Positions 9,758-19,012 of a stretch of DNA of 64,000 nt are shown one piece after another. Made by a program: the position numbers and the translations under genes. Each line of letters starts with the position of its first letter. Position 1 is the stretch's first letter. The notes beneath the pieces are model-generated. The model made no database searches. It was given only the letters and a program-made list of their open reading frames with translations, and was not told the DNA's origin. The DNA is taken from NCBI GenBank assembly GCA_963662585.1, contig OY759729.1, positions 1,952,001 through 2,016,000 on the forward strand, written 5' to 3'. The DNA is from Candidatus Cloacimonadales bacterium (GTDB lineage Bacteria; Cloacimonadota; Cloacimonadia; Cloacimonadales; JAFGVF01).

Positions 9758-10784
9758 ATTAACTGGGGACGGACCTTTAGTCCGTGAATGTCAAACTCCC
9801 CTCTTTAGTGCTGAAAGCACGCTAAAAGAGGGGTGGCTGCGAAGCAGACGGGGTGTTTTCTTCTATGGAGTGGAAGCGTCTCTGCTTCCATCCACCTTAG
9901 ATACAATAATAAGGTAACCTTAGATTTTTATAAAGTTTCTCGCATGCAAGGGTGCATGCAATCCGACAGAAGAGGGATTATTACGATCTTAAATCCCCGC
10001 TTTAGTGATTAACTGGGGTTACAGACCTTTAGTCCGTGAATGTCAAACTCCCCTCTTTAGTGCTGAAAGCACGCTAAAAGAGGGGTGGCTGCGAAGCAGA
10101 CGGGGTGTTTTCTTCTATGGAGTGGAAGCGTCTCTGCTTCCATCCACCTTAGATACAATAATAAGGTAACCTTAGATTTTTATAAAGTTTCTCGCATGCA
10201 AGGGTGCATGCAATCCGACAGAAGAGGGATTATTACGATCTTAAATCCCCGCTTTAGTGATTAACTGGGGTTACAGACCTTTAGTCCGTGAATGTCAAAC
10301 TCCCCTCTTTAGTGCTGAAAGCACGCTAAAAGAGGGGTGGCTGCGAAGCAGACGGGGTGTTTTCTTCTATGGAGTGGAAGCGTCTCTGCTTCCACCCACC
10401 TTAGATACAATAATAAGATAACCTTAGATTTTTATAAAGTTTCTCGCATGCAAGGGTGCATGCAATCCGACAGAAGAGGGATTATCACGATCTTAAATCC
10501 CCGCTTTAGTGATTAACTGGGGTTTCAGACCTTTAGTCCGTGAATGTCAAACTCCCCTCTTTAGTGCTGAAAGCACGCTAAAAGAGGGGTGGCTGCGAAG
10601 CAGACGGGGTGTTTTCTTCTATGGAGTGGAAGCGTCTCTGCTTCCATCCACCTTAGATACAATAATAAGATAACCTTAGATTTTTATAAAGTTTCTCGCA
10701 TGCAAGGGTGCATACAATCCGACAGAAGAGGGATTATCACGATCTTAAATCCCCGCTTTAGTGATTAACTGGGGTTACGGACCT
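9758..10784. repeat. Tandem array of ~4.1 copies of a 252-bp non-coding unit made of multiple palindromic modules (BIME-like)
   Basis: Anchor TCCGTGAATGTCAAACTCCCC at 9781, 10033, 10285 and 10537 (period exactly 252). Few SNPs between copies; no ORF of 60 aa or more in the track. Confidence 0.97.
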
Positions 10785-10840
10785 GAGAGAGCTTATGTCA
10801 ATAAGCCTCAACAACAAATTCTTGATTGAAAATGAAAAAC

Positions 10841-10881
10841 ATACCCCCTTCCTCAACAAAAGTTGGTTTAAGAAGGGGATA
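10841..10881 (-). terminator. Hairpin/terminator downstream of GyrI-like gene
   Basis: CCCCTTC..GAAGGGG imperfect stem followed on the minus strand by GTTTTTCATTTT. Confidence 0.55.
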
Positions 10882-10894
10882 TCGGAGTTGGAAA

Positions 10895-11365
10895 TTATTG
10901 AATAGGGATATAAATGTCCATTTCAGATGTTTCAGGATTACTTTCATCAAATCTACTATCATAATGTTCTAAATCTTCATGCCAACGAACTTTATACTCG
11001 CTCTTAGGTAACCATGTTTTATAGGCATAATCGAATGTTTCTCCCAAGTCCATAACTGAACCTTTGTGGGTAAATACAGCATACTTACAAGCAGAAATTT
11101 CGTGTTCAATAAATCCTTCTCTAGATTCTAGAGGTTTATCTGATGCAAAACCAGCCATGTAGGTAAAGGTATCATTTTCTTTAAAATCCTGAGGAGATGA
11201 GCATACAGCTAAGCACATTAACTCTGGATTAGCATCTAAATCTTGTGATTGTGACATTAGTTCTCCCCATAAAGCAGGGCAAACTTCATTGGTTTCTTTC
11301 ATAGTTAGTTCAGCTTTTAAACCGATAAAATAGAGTTTTGGTAAATCGACAATCTTTGGTTCCAT
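10895..11365 (-). CDS. Stand-alone GyrI-like small-molecule binding domain protein (AraC effector-binding fold)
   Basis: MEPKIVDLP, KYAVFTHKG, YKTWLPKS and MDIYIPI; RBS AGGAG. Confidence 0.9.
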   Translation of the reverse strand: MEPKIVDLPKLYFIGLKAELTMKETNEVCPALWGELMSQSQDLDANPELMCLAVCSSPQDFKENDTFTYMAGFASDKPLESREGFIEHEISACKYAVFTHKGSVMDLGETFDYAYKTWLPKSEYKVRWHEDLEHYDSRFDESNPETSEMDIYIPIQ

Positions 11366-11498
11366 AAAATTACTCCTAAAAATTATTAAGTAAATAATAA
11401 ATAAGTAGAATAATATGTCAAGAAAAATTAAGTAATACTTAAAAAAATACTAAAATAAGAACTCTAGTTAGCTAATAAATAGAAAAAAATTTAATTTA

Positions 11499-11528
11499 TT
11501 GACAGCATTTCAGAGAACAATTTAATAT
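11499..11528 (+). promoter_or_regulatory. Putative sigma70 promoter of dnaE
   Basis: TTGACA-18 nt-TAATAT, 25 nt before the start codon. The AT-rich context lowers specificity. Confidence 0.5.
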
Positions 11529-11553
11529 CTAAAAAATGAGATAGGGAGAAATT

Positions 11554-14500
11554 ATGTCTTTTGTACATCTACACAACCATACTCAGTATAGTCTTTTGGA
11601 TGGTGCTTGTAGAATAGATAGAATGATAGCTAAGTCCAAAGAGCTGGGAATGAATGCAGTTGCTATGACAGATCATGGCAATATGTTTGGGACGATTGAG
11701 TTTTATAATAAGGCTAATTCGGCAGGGATTAAGCCGATTATTGGGACTGAGGCTTATGTGATTAATGGGCAATTAAATACAGAAGAAAGCAAGCATAGCA
11801 GAAGGTTCCATTTAGTATTATTGGCTATGAATTTAGTTGGTTACAAGAATCTAATAAAGCTATCTTCACACTCCTTTACTGATGGATATTATTATAAACC
11901 GAGAATGACCAAGGATGAGTTAGCAAAATATAGTGAAGGCATAATAGCCCTCTCAGCCTGTATTCAGGGAGAGATTCCTCGCAATTTATTAAATGATGAT
12001 TATGAAGCTGCAGTTAAAGCACTGAATGAATATAAAGAAATTTTCCCTGATAGATTCTATATAGAATTGCAAGATCATGGACTAGAACCAGAGCGTGAAG
12101 TCATGCCCAAGTTAATAGAGCTGGCTAAGCAAACAAATACTCCCATGGTAGTTACTAATGACTGCCACTATTTAAATAAAGAAGATGCTACTGCTCATGA
12201 TGTTCTCCTCTGTATTCAAACAGGGAAAAAATATGATGATCCAGATAGAATGAAATATGAGACTCATGATCTATATTTCAAAAGTGAAAGTGAGATGCGT
12301 CAGCTTTTCCCTCAAGTACCTGAAGCCTATGAGAATACTCAGATAATTGCAGATTCTATCAACTTAAAGCTTAACTATGATAATTTTCTTTTCCCTAAAA
12401 TTGATGTTCCTGAACAGTACAAAGATATGGCTGATTATATGCGGGGCTTATGCTTTGAGGGAGCTAAAAGGAAGTATGGAGAGATAACTCTTGAGATTGA
12501 AGAAAGAATTAATTTTGAACTAGATATTATTAATACAATGGGTTATGATGGATACTTCTTGGTAGTTAAAGATTTTATTGATAAAGCTCGTGAAATGGAT
12601 ATACCTGTGGGACCCGGTCGTGGTTCAGCTGCAGGTAGTATTGTCGCCTACACCTTGGATATTACCCAATTAGATCCTTTGAAATATGGACTCTTGTTTG
12701 AAAGATTCTTGGATTTAAAAAGAGTCGGGATGCCAGATATTGATATTGACTTCTGTGCTCAAGGTAGAAGTAAGGTTATCGATTATGTTGTGGAAAAATA
12801 TGGACGAGAGAGTGTTACGCAAATTATTACTTTTGGTAAATTAGGAGCAAAATCAATAATAAAAGATGTTGCTAGAGTTATGGATGTTACTCCTCAAGAT
12901 GCTGCTAAAATGACTAAACTGATACCAAGTACTCCTAAAATGACCTTAGAAAAGGCTGTAAAAGAGTCAGATGATTTTAGACTTATGATGGAAAGTAATG
13001 ATAATTACAAAAACATCCTTAAAGTAAGTAAGGTTTTAGAGGGTTTAATTCGACAAACTGGTATTCACGCAGCAGGTGTGGTGATCGGCCCTGATGATTT
13101 GAGTAATTATGTACCACTGGCAATTTCTTCCCAAAAGAATGGGGAAAATGCTGTTCTGGTACAATATGAAGGTAAATGGCTAGATGATTTAAAATTACTC
13201 AAAATGGACTTTTTAGGTCTTAAGACTTTAACTATTATAAAAAAAGCAATTCAATACATCAAAGAATCGCAAAACATAGATATTGATATTGAGAATGTTG
13301 ATATTACGGATAAAGAGACTTTCAAACTACTTTCTAAGGGACTGACAGACGGTGTCTTCCAATTTGAATCTCCTGGAATGAAAAAATATCTATCTAAACT
13401 TAAACCAAATAAATTTGAAGATTTGATAGCCATGGTTGCTCTTTATCGTCCGGGACCTATGCAATTTATTGATACTTACATCAATAGAAAACATGGTAGA
13501 GAAGAGATTGTGTATGATCATGAATTGACTAGAAGCTCGCTTGAAGAGACTTATGGTGTTACTGTTTATCAAGAACAGGTCATGCAGATTTCCAAGGTAA
13601 TGGGAAAATTTTCAAGTGCTGATGCAGGAGTTCTAAGAAAGGCTATTAGTAAAAAGAATCTTGATATGATGGCGAAAATGTTTGTCAAATTTCAAGAAGG
13701 TTCTATGGAAAATGGCGTTCCAGAAAAAACAGTTAAGAAGATCTGGGACAACTGGTTAGAATTTGCGAACTATGCTTTTAATAAGAGTCATGCCGCATGT
13801 TATGCCTTTATTTCATTCCAAACTGCTTATTTGAAAGCTCATTATCCTGTAGAATTTATGGCAGCTATTCTATCATTGGAAGAAGATCCAGCTAAAATAC
13901 CTTACTTTATCGAAGAGTGCTCAAAAATGAATATAGAGGTTCTTCCTCCCGATATAAATCACTCCGAGAAAGAGTTCACTGTACATGGAAATAAGATTCA
14001 ATTTGGATTAAGAGGAATCAAGAATGTCGGAGCGGCTGCGATTAAAGAGTTGCTAGATAATAGAGCTATTGATGGAAACTTCTCTTCACTTTTTGATTTA
14101 AGTAAAAGACTTAATAGTACTGCAGTAAATAAAACAACATTGGAGAGTTTGATTGCCTCTGGAGCAGTAGATTCTTTGGAGGGTAGCCGAGCTCAAAAAT
14201 GGAATGCAATTGCTGCTGCTTTAGATTATTCGGCATCTTGTCAAAAAGATAAAGACCAGCTTACTCTTTTTGATTTAATGGATAATGAAGAGGTTGCTAC
14301 TGACTATTATCCAGCCTTGAAAAAGATGGAGGATTGGAGCTCAAAAGAGAAATTGAGACGCGAGAAAGAGGTCTTAGGCTTCTATGTCTCAGGACATCCT
14401 TTAATGGAGAAAAGGGACATAATTGAAAGTGTTGTTAATGTGGATTCCCAATATGTAGCTCAAGGTATTGCAGTTCCTAGTAAGGCCATAATTGTCGGTA

Positions 14501-14988
14501 TAGTTACTAACAAAATTAAAAAGAAAGCAAAAAGTGGTGATTATTATGGTATCATTACAATGGAAGACCTCAAAGGGAAGTTCGAAATAACACTTTATAA
14601 AGAGAGATTTGTAGATAATTTTGATTCTTTAGATATAGGTGAAATCTATTGTGTAATTGGTCAGCAAAGTAATTTTAGTGGTGATGACAGCTTGCTGAAA
14701 ATCAACCCAAGTTCCATAAAACCCTATGCTCAATTTAGAAAAGAAATAGGTGGTGAAGTAACTATCAATATGTCTCATGAAGATTTATTAAGTATAGTGA
14801 AGACTGACTATTTGGAGCTTATAAAAAAACATAAGGGTAAACATCATTTGAAATTCATTGTTGAGACCGAAGAGTGGGATGATATTGTACTTCTCTCTCA
14901 AGAATATACAGTAGATCCTAGTAGAGACTTCTGTAGTTTTTGGGCTAAAAATAAAATATCTCTATCAATTCAAGGTAATATTGAATGA
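11554..14988 (+). CDS. dnaE: DNA polymerase III alpha subunit
   Basis: FVHLHNHTQYSLLDG PHP domain, GPGRGSAAGS, MPDIDIDF and FNKSHAACY; no intein. Confidence 0.98.
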   Translation: MSFVHLHNHTQYSLLDGACRIDRMIAKSKELGMNAVAMTDHGNMFGTIEFYNKANSAGIKPIIGTEAYVINGQLNTEESKHSRRFHLVLLAMNLVGYKNLIKLSSHSFTDGYYYKPRMTKDELAKYSEGIIALSACIQGEIPRNLLNDDYEAAVKALNEYKEIFPDRFYIELQDHGLEPEREVMPKLIELAKQTNTPMVVTNDCHYLNKEDATAHDVLLCIQTGKKYDDPDRMKYETHDLYFKSESEMRQLFPQVPEAYENTQIIADSINLKLNYDNFLFPKIDVPEQYKDMADYMRGLCFEGAKRKYGEITLEIEERINFELDIINTMGYDGYFLVVKDFIDKAREMDIPVGPGRGSAAGSIVAYTLDITQLDPLKYGLLFERFLDLKRVGMPDIDIDFCAQGRSKVIDYVVEKYGRESVTQIITFGKLGAKSIIKDVARVMDVTPQDAAKMTKLIPSTPKMTLEKAVKESDDFRLMMESNDNYKNILKVSKVLEGLIRQTGIHAAGVVIGPDDLSNYVPLAISSQKNGENAVLVQYEGKWLDDLKLLKMDFLGLKTLTIIKKAIQYIKESQNIDIDIENVDITDKETFKLLSKGLTDGVFQFESPGMKKYLSKLKPNKFEDLIAMVALYRPGPMQFIDTYINRKHGREEIVYDHELTRSSLEETYGVTVYQEQVMQISKVMGKFSSADAGVLRKAISKKNLDMMAKMFVKFQEGSMENGVPEKTVKKIWDNWLEFANYAFNKSHAACYAFISFQTAYLKAHYPVEFMAAILSLEEDPAKIPYFIEECSKMNIEVLPPDINHSEKEFTVHGNKIQFGLRGIKNVGAAAIKELLDNRAIDGNFSSLFDLSKRLNSTAVNKTTLESLIASGAVDSLEGSRAQKWNAIAAALDYSASCQKDKDQLTLFDLMDNEEVATDYYPALKKMEDWSSKEKLRREKEVLGFYVSGHPLMEKRDIIESVVNVDSQYVAQGIAVPSKAIIVGIVTNKIKKKAKSGDYYGIITMEDLKGKFEITLYKERFVDNFDSLDIGEIYCVIGQQSNFSGDDSLLKINPSSIKPYAQFRKEIGGEVTINMSHEDLLSIVKTDYLELIKKHKGKHHLKFIVETEEWDDIVLLSQEYTVDPSRDFCSFWAKNKISLSIQGNIE

Positions 14989-16091
14989 AACTCCTCTGGG
15001 TAAGTTTATTATTGATAATCTCTTCATTTCTATTTGCTACAGATCTAACTGTAGAAAAAGTTGGAAATACAAGTCTAATAACGGTAAAGATTAACTCAAG
15101 CGAACTCTTTAGTAAAGACGATAAGATCGATTATAGGGCTATTCTAGAGGTTTTTAATAGTAAGGGTAAGGTTGTCTCTTTAACAAAAAAAGATATAAAG
15201 TTATCAAGTAAAGATATTAGTAATGAAAGAATATTAATATTTATAGAAACAGACTTGCAAAGTGATGATTTCGTAGCTTATTTAAAACTTAATAATAACC
15301 TGAGAAATGATAAAAAAGAAGAGAAATTTGATTTTATGGTTGACGAATCTCAAGCAGTATCTAATCTTTACTTAATAAAAAAAATCAACGATATAGATTT
15401 AGAAATCCTTTCCTGGGATGAGGTTAATGAAAATTCAGATATCTATCTATTTCAACTGTTTAATGAAGAAGTTGATAATCTGAGATTCATAAGTGAAAAT
15501 TCAGAAGAAAGAAAAGTAACTGAGTTGCCTGCAACCAAAAAACTCTTTCATAAGATTGAGTTTACTGAATTGATTCAAAATTTTACTAAAAACTATATCG
15601 AATATTCTCTAAAGAATAATCTTTACCAAAATGAACTGAAAGTTGAAAAGAACTTAAATAGCTTCCAAAAAAAATATAGCTGGGATGAGCAATTAAGCCA
15701 AATAAAATATATTGTAAATGATAAAGCATGGAAAGAAATAAATCGTGATTCTAAAATGAGTACAACCGAAAAGGTTTTAAGGTTTTGGGATAGCTATAAT
15801 CCTAAAGATTCTTCTCGAAACGAATTACAAGAGATTTTTTATAATCGTGTTTTATATGCTGATAAGAAGTTTTCTGTGCACAGATATAAAAAAGGTTGGG
15901 AAACTGATCGTGGTAGGATTTATATCAAATTTGGGGAACCGGATGAGATTAATGTAGAAAATCATCCAATAGGGAGATACCCTACTCAAACTTGGTATTA
16001 CTATCGCCTAAATAAAACCTTCCTCTTTTATGACCGATCCAGAATTGAAGACTACAAACTTTATAACAAAGAAGAAGAGTATGGGTATTAA
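14985..16091 (+). CDS. Secreted GWxTD domain-containing protein
   Basis: Signal peptide; FW...RVLYADKKF...GWETDRGRIYIKFGEPD motif. ATGA overlap with dnaE. Confidence 0.9.
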   Translation: MKLLWVSLLLIISSFLFATDLTVEKVGNTSLITVKINSSELFSKDDKIDYRAILEVFNSKGKVVSLTKKDIKLSSKDISNERILIFIETDLQSDDFVAYLKLNNNLRNDKKEEKFDFMVDESQAVSNLYLIKKINDIDLEILSWDEVNENSDIYLFQLFNEEVDNLRFISENSEERKVTELPATKKLFHKIEFTELIQNFTKNYIEYSLKNNLYQNELKVEKNLNSFQKKYSWDEQLSQIKYIVNDKAWKEINRDSKMSTTEKVLRFWDSYNPKDSSRNELQEIFYNRVLYADKKFSVHRYKKGWETDRGRIYIKFGEPDEINVENHPIGRYPTQTWYYYRLNKTFLFYDRSRIEDYKLYNKEEEYGY

Positions 16092-17469
16092 AAAATTAGT
16101 TGGAATTTGTATACTATTTTTTATGGTAGTAGGTGTATATGCTGATGATTTAAATATTAGTGTGGAAGGTTTGAATTTTTTTGATCCAGACAACAGAACT
16201 ATTATTGATGTTAATTACTCAATAAAATATCAAGACCTTACTTTTAAAGTAAACGAAGATGAAAGCGGAGCAATTGCAGGCTTAAGAGTTGAAGTGAAAA
16301 TTTATAATAAAAGCAAAATTCTTCATCAAGAAGCTTTCGCTGAACAGATAATTGTAACTGATTTAAAAGATACTAAATCAAGTATCAAACAACATATTGA
16401 TCGCTATAGCTTTGATTATGCCTCCGAAGGGAATACTTTGGAACTTAAGTTTATTGATATGGTAAGTAATGATACTCATATCTTTAGAAAAGAACTGCCC
16501 CTTATTAATAACAGATTCATTAGTGATGTCGAGTTTAATGACTTCGTTAGTACTGAAAAAAATGAAAAATTCAAGTATCTGTATAGAGGAAACCTGCTCT
16601 ATAAATCTAACCCCTCTAGAATATTCTATAAAGAGACTGCTGATAGTATTTATTGTTACTTCCAATTAGCTGGTTTAACTAAAAATTCCAAAATAAATTG
16701 GAAATATAACTACGCTATTGAAATTAAAGATTCTTTTAAACAAACCGTCGATGTTATCGAAAAAAGCGGCCTTTCAACAACAGAAATCGCTAGTATTACT
16801 CAAGGTATTAATCTGCAGAAATTCCCTAAAGGAATCTATTTTGTTACTGTTAAATCTTTAGATAAATTTGAAAATAATAGGACATTGACTGATTTCTCTA
16901 TATCTGATTATCCAGGAGAAACTTATAGCGTATTAGCAAATCGTGAAGATGAATATCAATTAATGAAATATTTTGGCTATACCCAAAGCCCAAATAGTTG
17001 GAGTAATTTTTCTAATGCTAAAAAGAGACAAGAGATTAATAAATTCTGGTTCAGATATGCTAATGATGCTTATTTAGCTGTTGATGATTTAATCTCTATG
17101 ATAAAAGAAAGAGTTGATTACGCAAATCTAAAATTCTCCCATCACCAAGCAGGATGGACTTCTGATAGAGGTAAAATATTCGTGCTTTACGGAGCTCCTG
17201 ATGATATTGAAAAATTCCTAGTTGGCGAGTTAGATGCTACCGATAAATACGACTCTGATGCCCTACTCGAAAGAAGAGCAGTCTTTAATGATAAAGAATA
17301 CGAAATTTGGAGATATACATCTAAAAGATTAGCTAGCTATACCTTCTTTGATGTTAATATGAATAATGGACATAAACTGATTTATGTCTACAATGATGAT
17401 GATATACCAGTCTCTTCAGATTATAAATTCTACCTAGGACAAGACTTTGATGAGGAAAGACTAAAATAG
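16081..17469 (+). CDS. Secreted GWxTD domain-containing protein (second paralog)
   Basis: Likely start is MGIKKLVG at 16081, with a signal peptide; RVDYANLKF...GWTSDRGKIFVLYGAPD. Confidence 0.88.
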   Translation: MGIKKLVGICILFFMVVGVYADDLNISVEGLNFFDPDNRTIIDVNYSIKYQDLTFKVNEDESGAIAGLRVEVKIYNKSKILHQEAFAEQIIVTDLKDTKSSIKQHIDRYSFDYASEGNTLELKFIDMVSNDTHIFRKELPLINNRFISDVEFNDFVSTEKNEKFKYLYRGNLLYKSNPSRIFYKETADSIYCYFQLAGLTKNSKINWKYNYAIEIKDSFKQTVDVIEKSGLSTTEIASITQGINLQKFPKGIYFVTVKSLDKFENNRTLTDFSISDYPGETYSVLANREDEYQLMKYFGYTQSPNSWSNFSNAKKRQEINKFWFRYANDAYLAVDDLISMIKERVDYANLKFSHHQAGWTSDRGKIFVLYGAPDDIEKFLVGELDATDKYDSDALLERRAVFNDKEYEIWRYTSKRLASYTFFDVNMNNGHKLIYVYNDDDIPVSSDYKFYLGQDFDEERLK

Positions 17470-17844
17470 ATAGCAAAAAGCGTCATCATAATGAGTTATG
17501 CTATACTCATCATAGATATTATCTTTAATTACTGTGATGATGTCAAATCTAATAAAATGTTCAGAGTACTGTTGATTTTTATCTATAAAGTCAGCAGTAG
17601 CTCTGCTTATTTTCCTCTGCTTGGATTTGGTAATTGATAATAGAGTTTCTTCAGTATCTATCTTACTCCTAGATTTGACTTCTACTACCAATAATAAATC
17701 TTTTTTCTCTGCAATTATGTCAATCTCTCCAGAAAAGCAACGATAGTTGTTTTTTACTATTATAAAGCCATTCTTTACCAAATACTCTGATGCTAATTTT
17801 TCACCTAACCTACCTAATTCTTGATTCATTTTATATTTATTCAT
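17461..17844 (-). CDS. yraN: YraN/UPF0102 family endonuclease-like protein
   Basis: LGRLGEKLA, GEIDIIA, VEVKSR and RFDII. Confidence 0.93.
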   Translation of the reverse strand: MNKYKMNQELGRLGEKLASEYLVKNGFIIVKNNYRCFSGEIDIIAEKKDLLLVVEVKSRSKIDTEETLLSITKSKQRKISRATADFIDKNQQYSEHFIRFDIITVIKDNIYDEYSITHYDDAFCYLF

Positions 17845-17976
17845 AAAAGTAAAAAAAAAACTTGACTCTATCTTGTCAATTAATTTAAATAGGTATGAGT
17901 GAAATCGACTAAACTGTAAATATCTTAAAAACTTGATTTGAAAAACGATTAAGTGTACATAAAAGGAGAATATGTG

Positions 17977-18978
17977 ATGAGAGAAAAAGTTTTACTTATT
18001 ATGAGTATTTTATTATGTATTAATGCTCTTATAGCAGTTCCATTCGGAACCTTAGGTAATATTGATGTCCCTGACGGATTTGTTATGCCAGCAAATCAGA
18101 TTTCTGTAAATTTTGCCTCGTACTTACGAGATGGAAATTTAAAAGCAGGAGCTAATGCTGCTGATTATGAATATAACTATGTAATCCAAGCAAAATACGG
18201 TCTCTTCGATAGAGCAGAGCTAGGCTTTGTCTATACTGGAGATGAAGTATTTTATACAAACTTTAAGTTCCAATTAGTCCAAGAATCTTTTGAATATCCT
18301 GGTATCACTTTAGGAGTAGATAATCTCTTCTCAAAAGTTGGTTCAGATGCAGTTGACTATGAAGATGAAAATTACGAAGATTGGGCTGATATACCTCAAG
18401 CTACAACTTATGAAAAGAATTCTTTCTATGTAGCTGCTACTAAATCATGGGCACTTAGAGATGTGAAAGTTCTTGGTGATATGCAATTGTATGTTACTGT
18501 TGGATTAGGTGTTAATCGCTTTGTAGGACAAAGAGATTTAGCTCAAGACTTTAATGGTTTATTTGGTACCGTTGAATATTATCCAACTGCTGTTTTCCCA
18601 AAAAACAACTTTAGTATTTTTGCTGAACAGAGTGGTCACGCAATAAACTTAGGTGCTAAATATGCTTGGAATAACTTAGCTCTCCAATATTCAGTTATAG
18701 AAATTGAAGAGTTTATTAAAGAAAACCAAGATAACCTAAAAATGGCTTTCAATATTCAATACAGTTTAACCCGTTGGGCAGAGACAAAAACTACCAAAAG
18801 AGGTGTTTTTGAAGCTAGTCCTGAAAGAGTTAGAACTCAAACACAAACTTTTGAGCAAGGTGGAAACACTGGAACAGGAAGTAGTATTCTTGACCAAATT
18901 AGAGCCTTAAGAGAAGCTGAACAGAAAAAACAAACTGAATTGAATGATCTCATTAAAGAATTAGAAGAATTAGAGTAA
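17977..18978 (+). CDS. Secreted putative outer-membrane beta-barrel (YjbH-like) with C-terminal coiled coil
   Basis: RBS AGGAG, signal peptide, alternating aromatic beta-strand pattern, C-terminal LDQIRALREAEQKKQTELNDLIKELEELE. Confidence 0.55.
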   Translation: MREKVLLIMSILLCINALIAVPFGTLGNIDVPDGFVMPANQISVNFASYLRDGNLKAGANAADYEYNYVIQAKYGLFDRAELGFVYTGDEVFYTNFKFQLVQESFEYPGITLGVDNLFSKVGSDAVDYEDENYEDWADIPQATTYEKNSFYVAATKSWALRDVKVLGDMQLYVTVGLGVNRFVGQRDLAQDFNGLFGTVEYYPTAVFPKNNFSIFAEQSGHAINLGAKYAWNNLALQYSVIEIEEFIKENQDNLKMAFNIQYSLTRWAETKTTKRGVFEASPERVRTQTQTFEQGGNTGTGSSILDQIRALREAEQKKQTELNDLIKELEELE

Positions 18979-19012
18979 ATCAATAATCTTTAGAATTTGA
19001 TAAGTAGGTAAT

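Noticed and set aside
9758..10784. CRISPR array
   Set aside because: The whole 252-bp unit repeats nearly identically, with no unique spacers, and there are no cas genes in the window.
9121..10784. Type III toxin-antitoxin (RNase plus tandem RNA antitoxin)
   Set aside because: The repeats are downstream of the gene rather than upstream, far longer than known antitoxin repeats, and recur at unrelated loci. The RNase domain also looks degenerate.
9758..10784. Repeat-protein coding sequence (252 = 84 codons)
   Set aside because: The six-frame track shows no ORF of 60 aa or more here, and the palindromic content explains the sequence.
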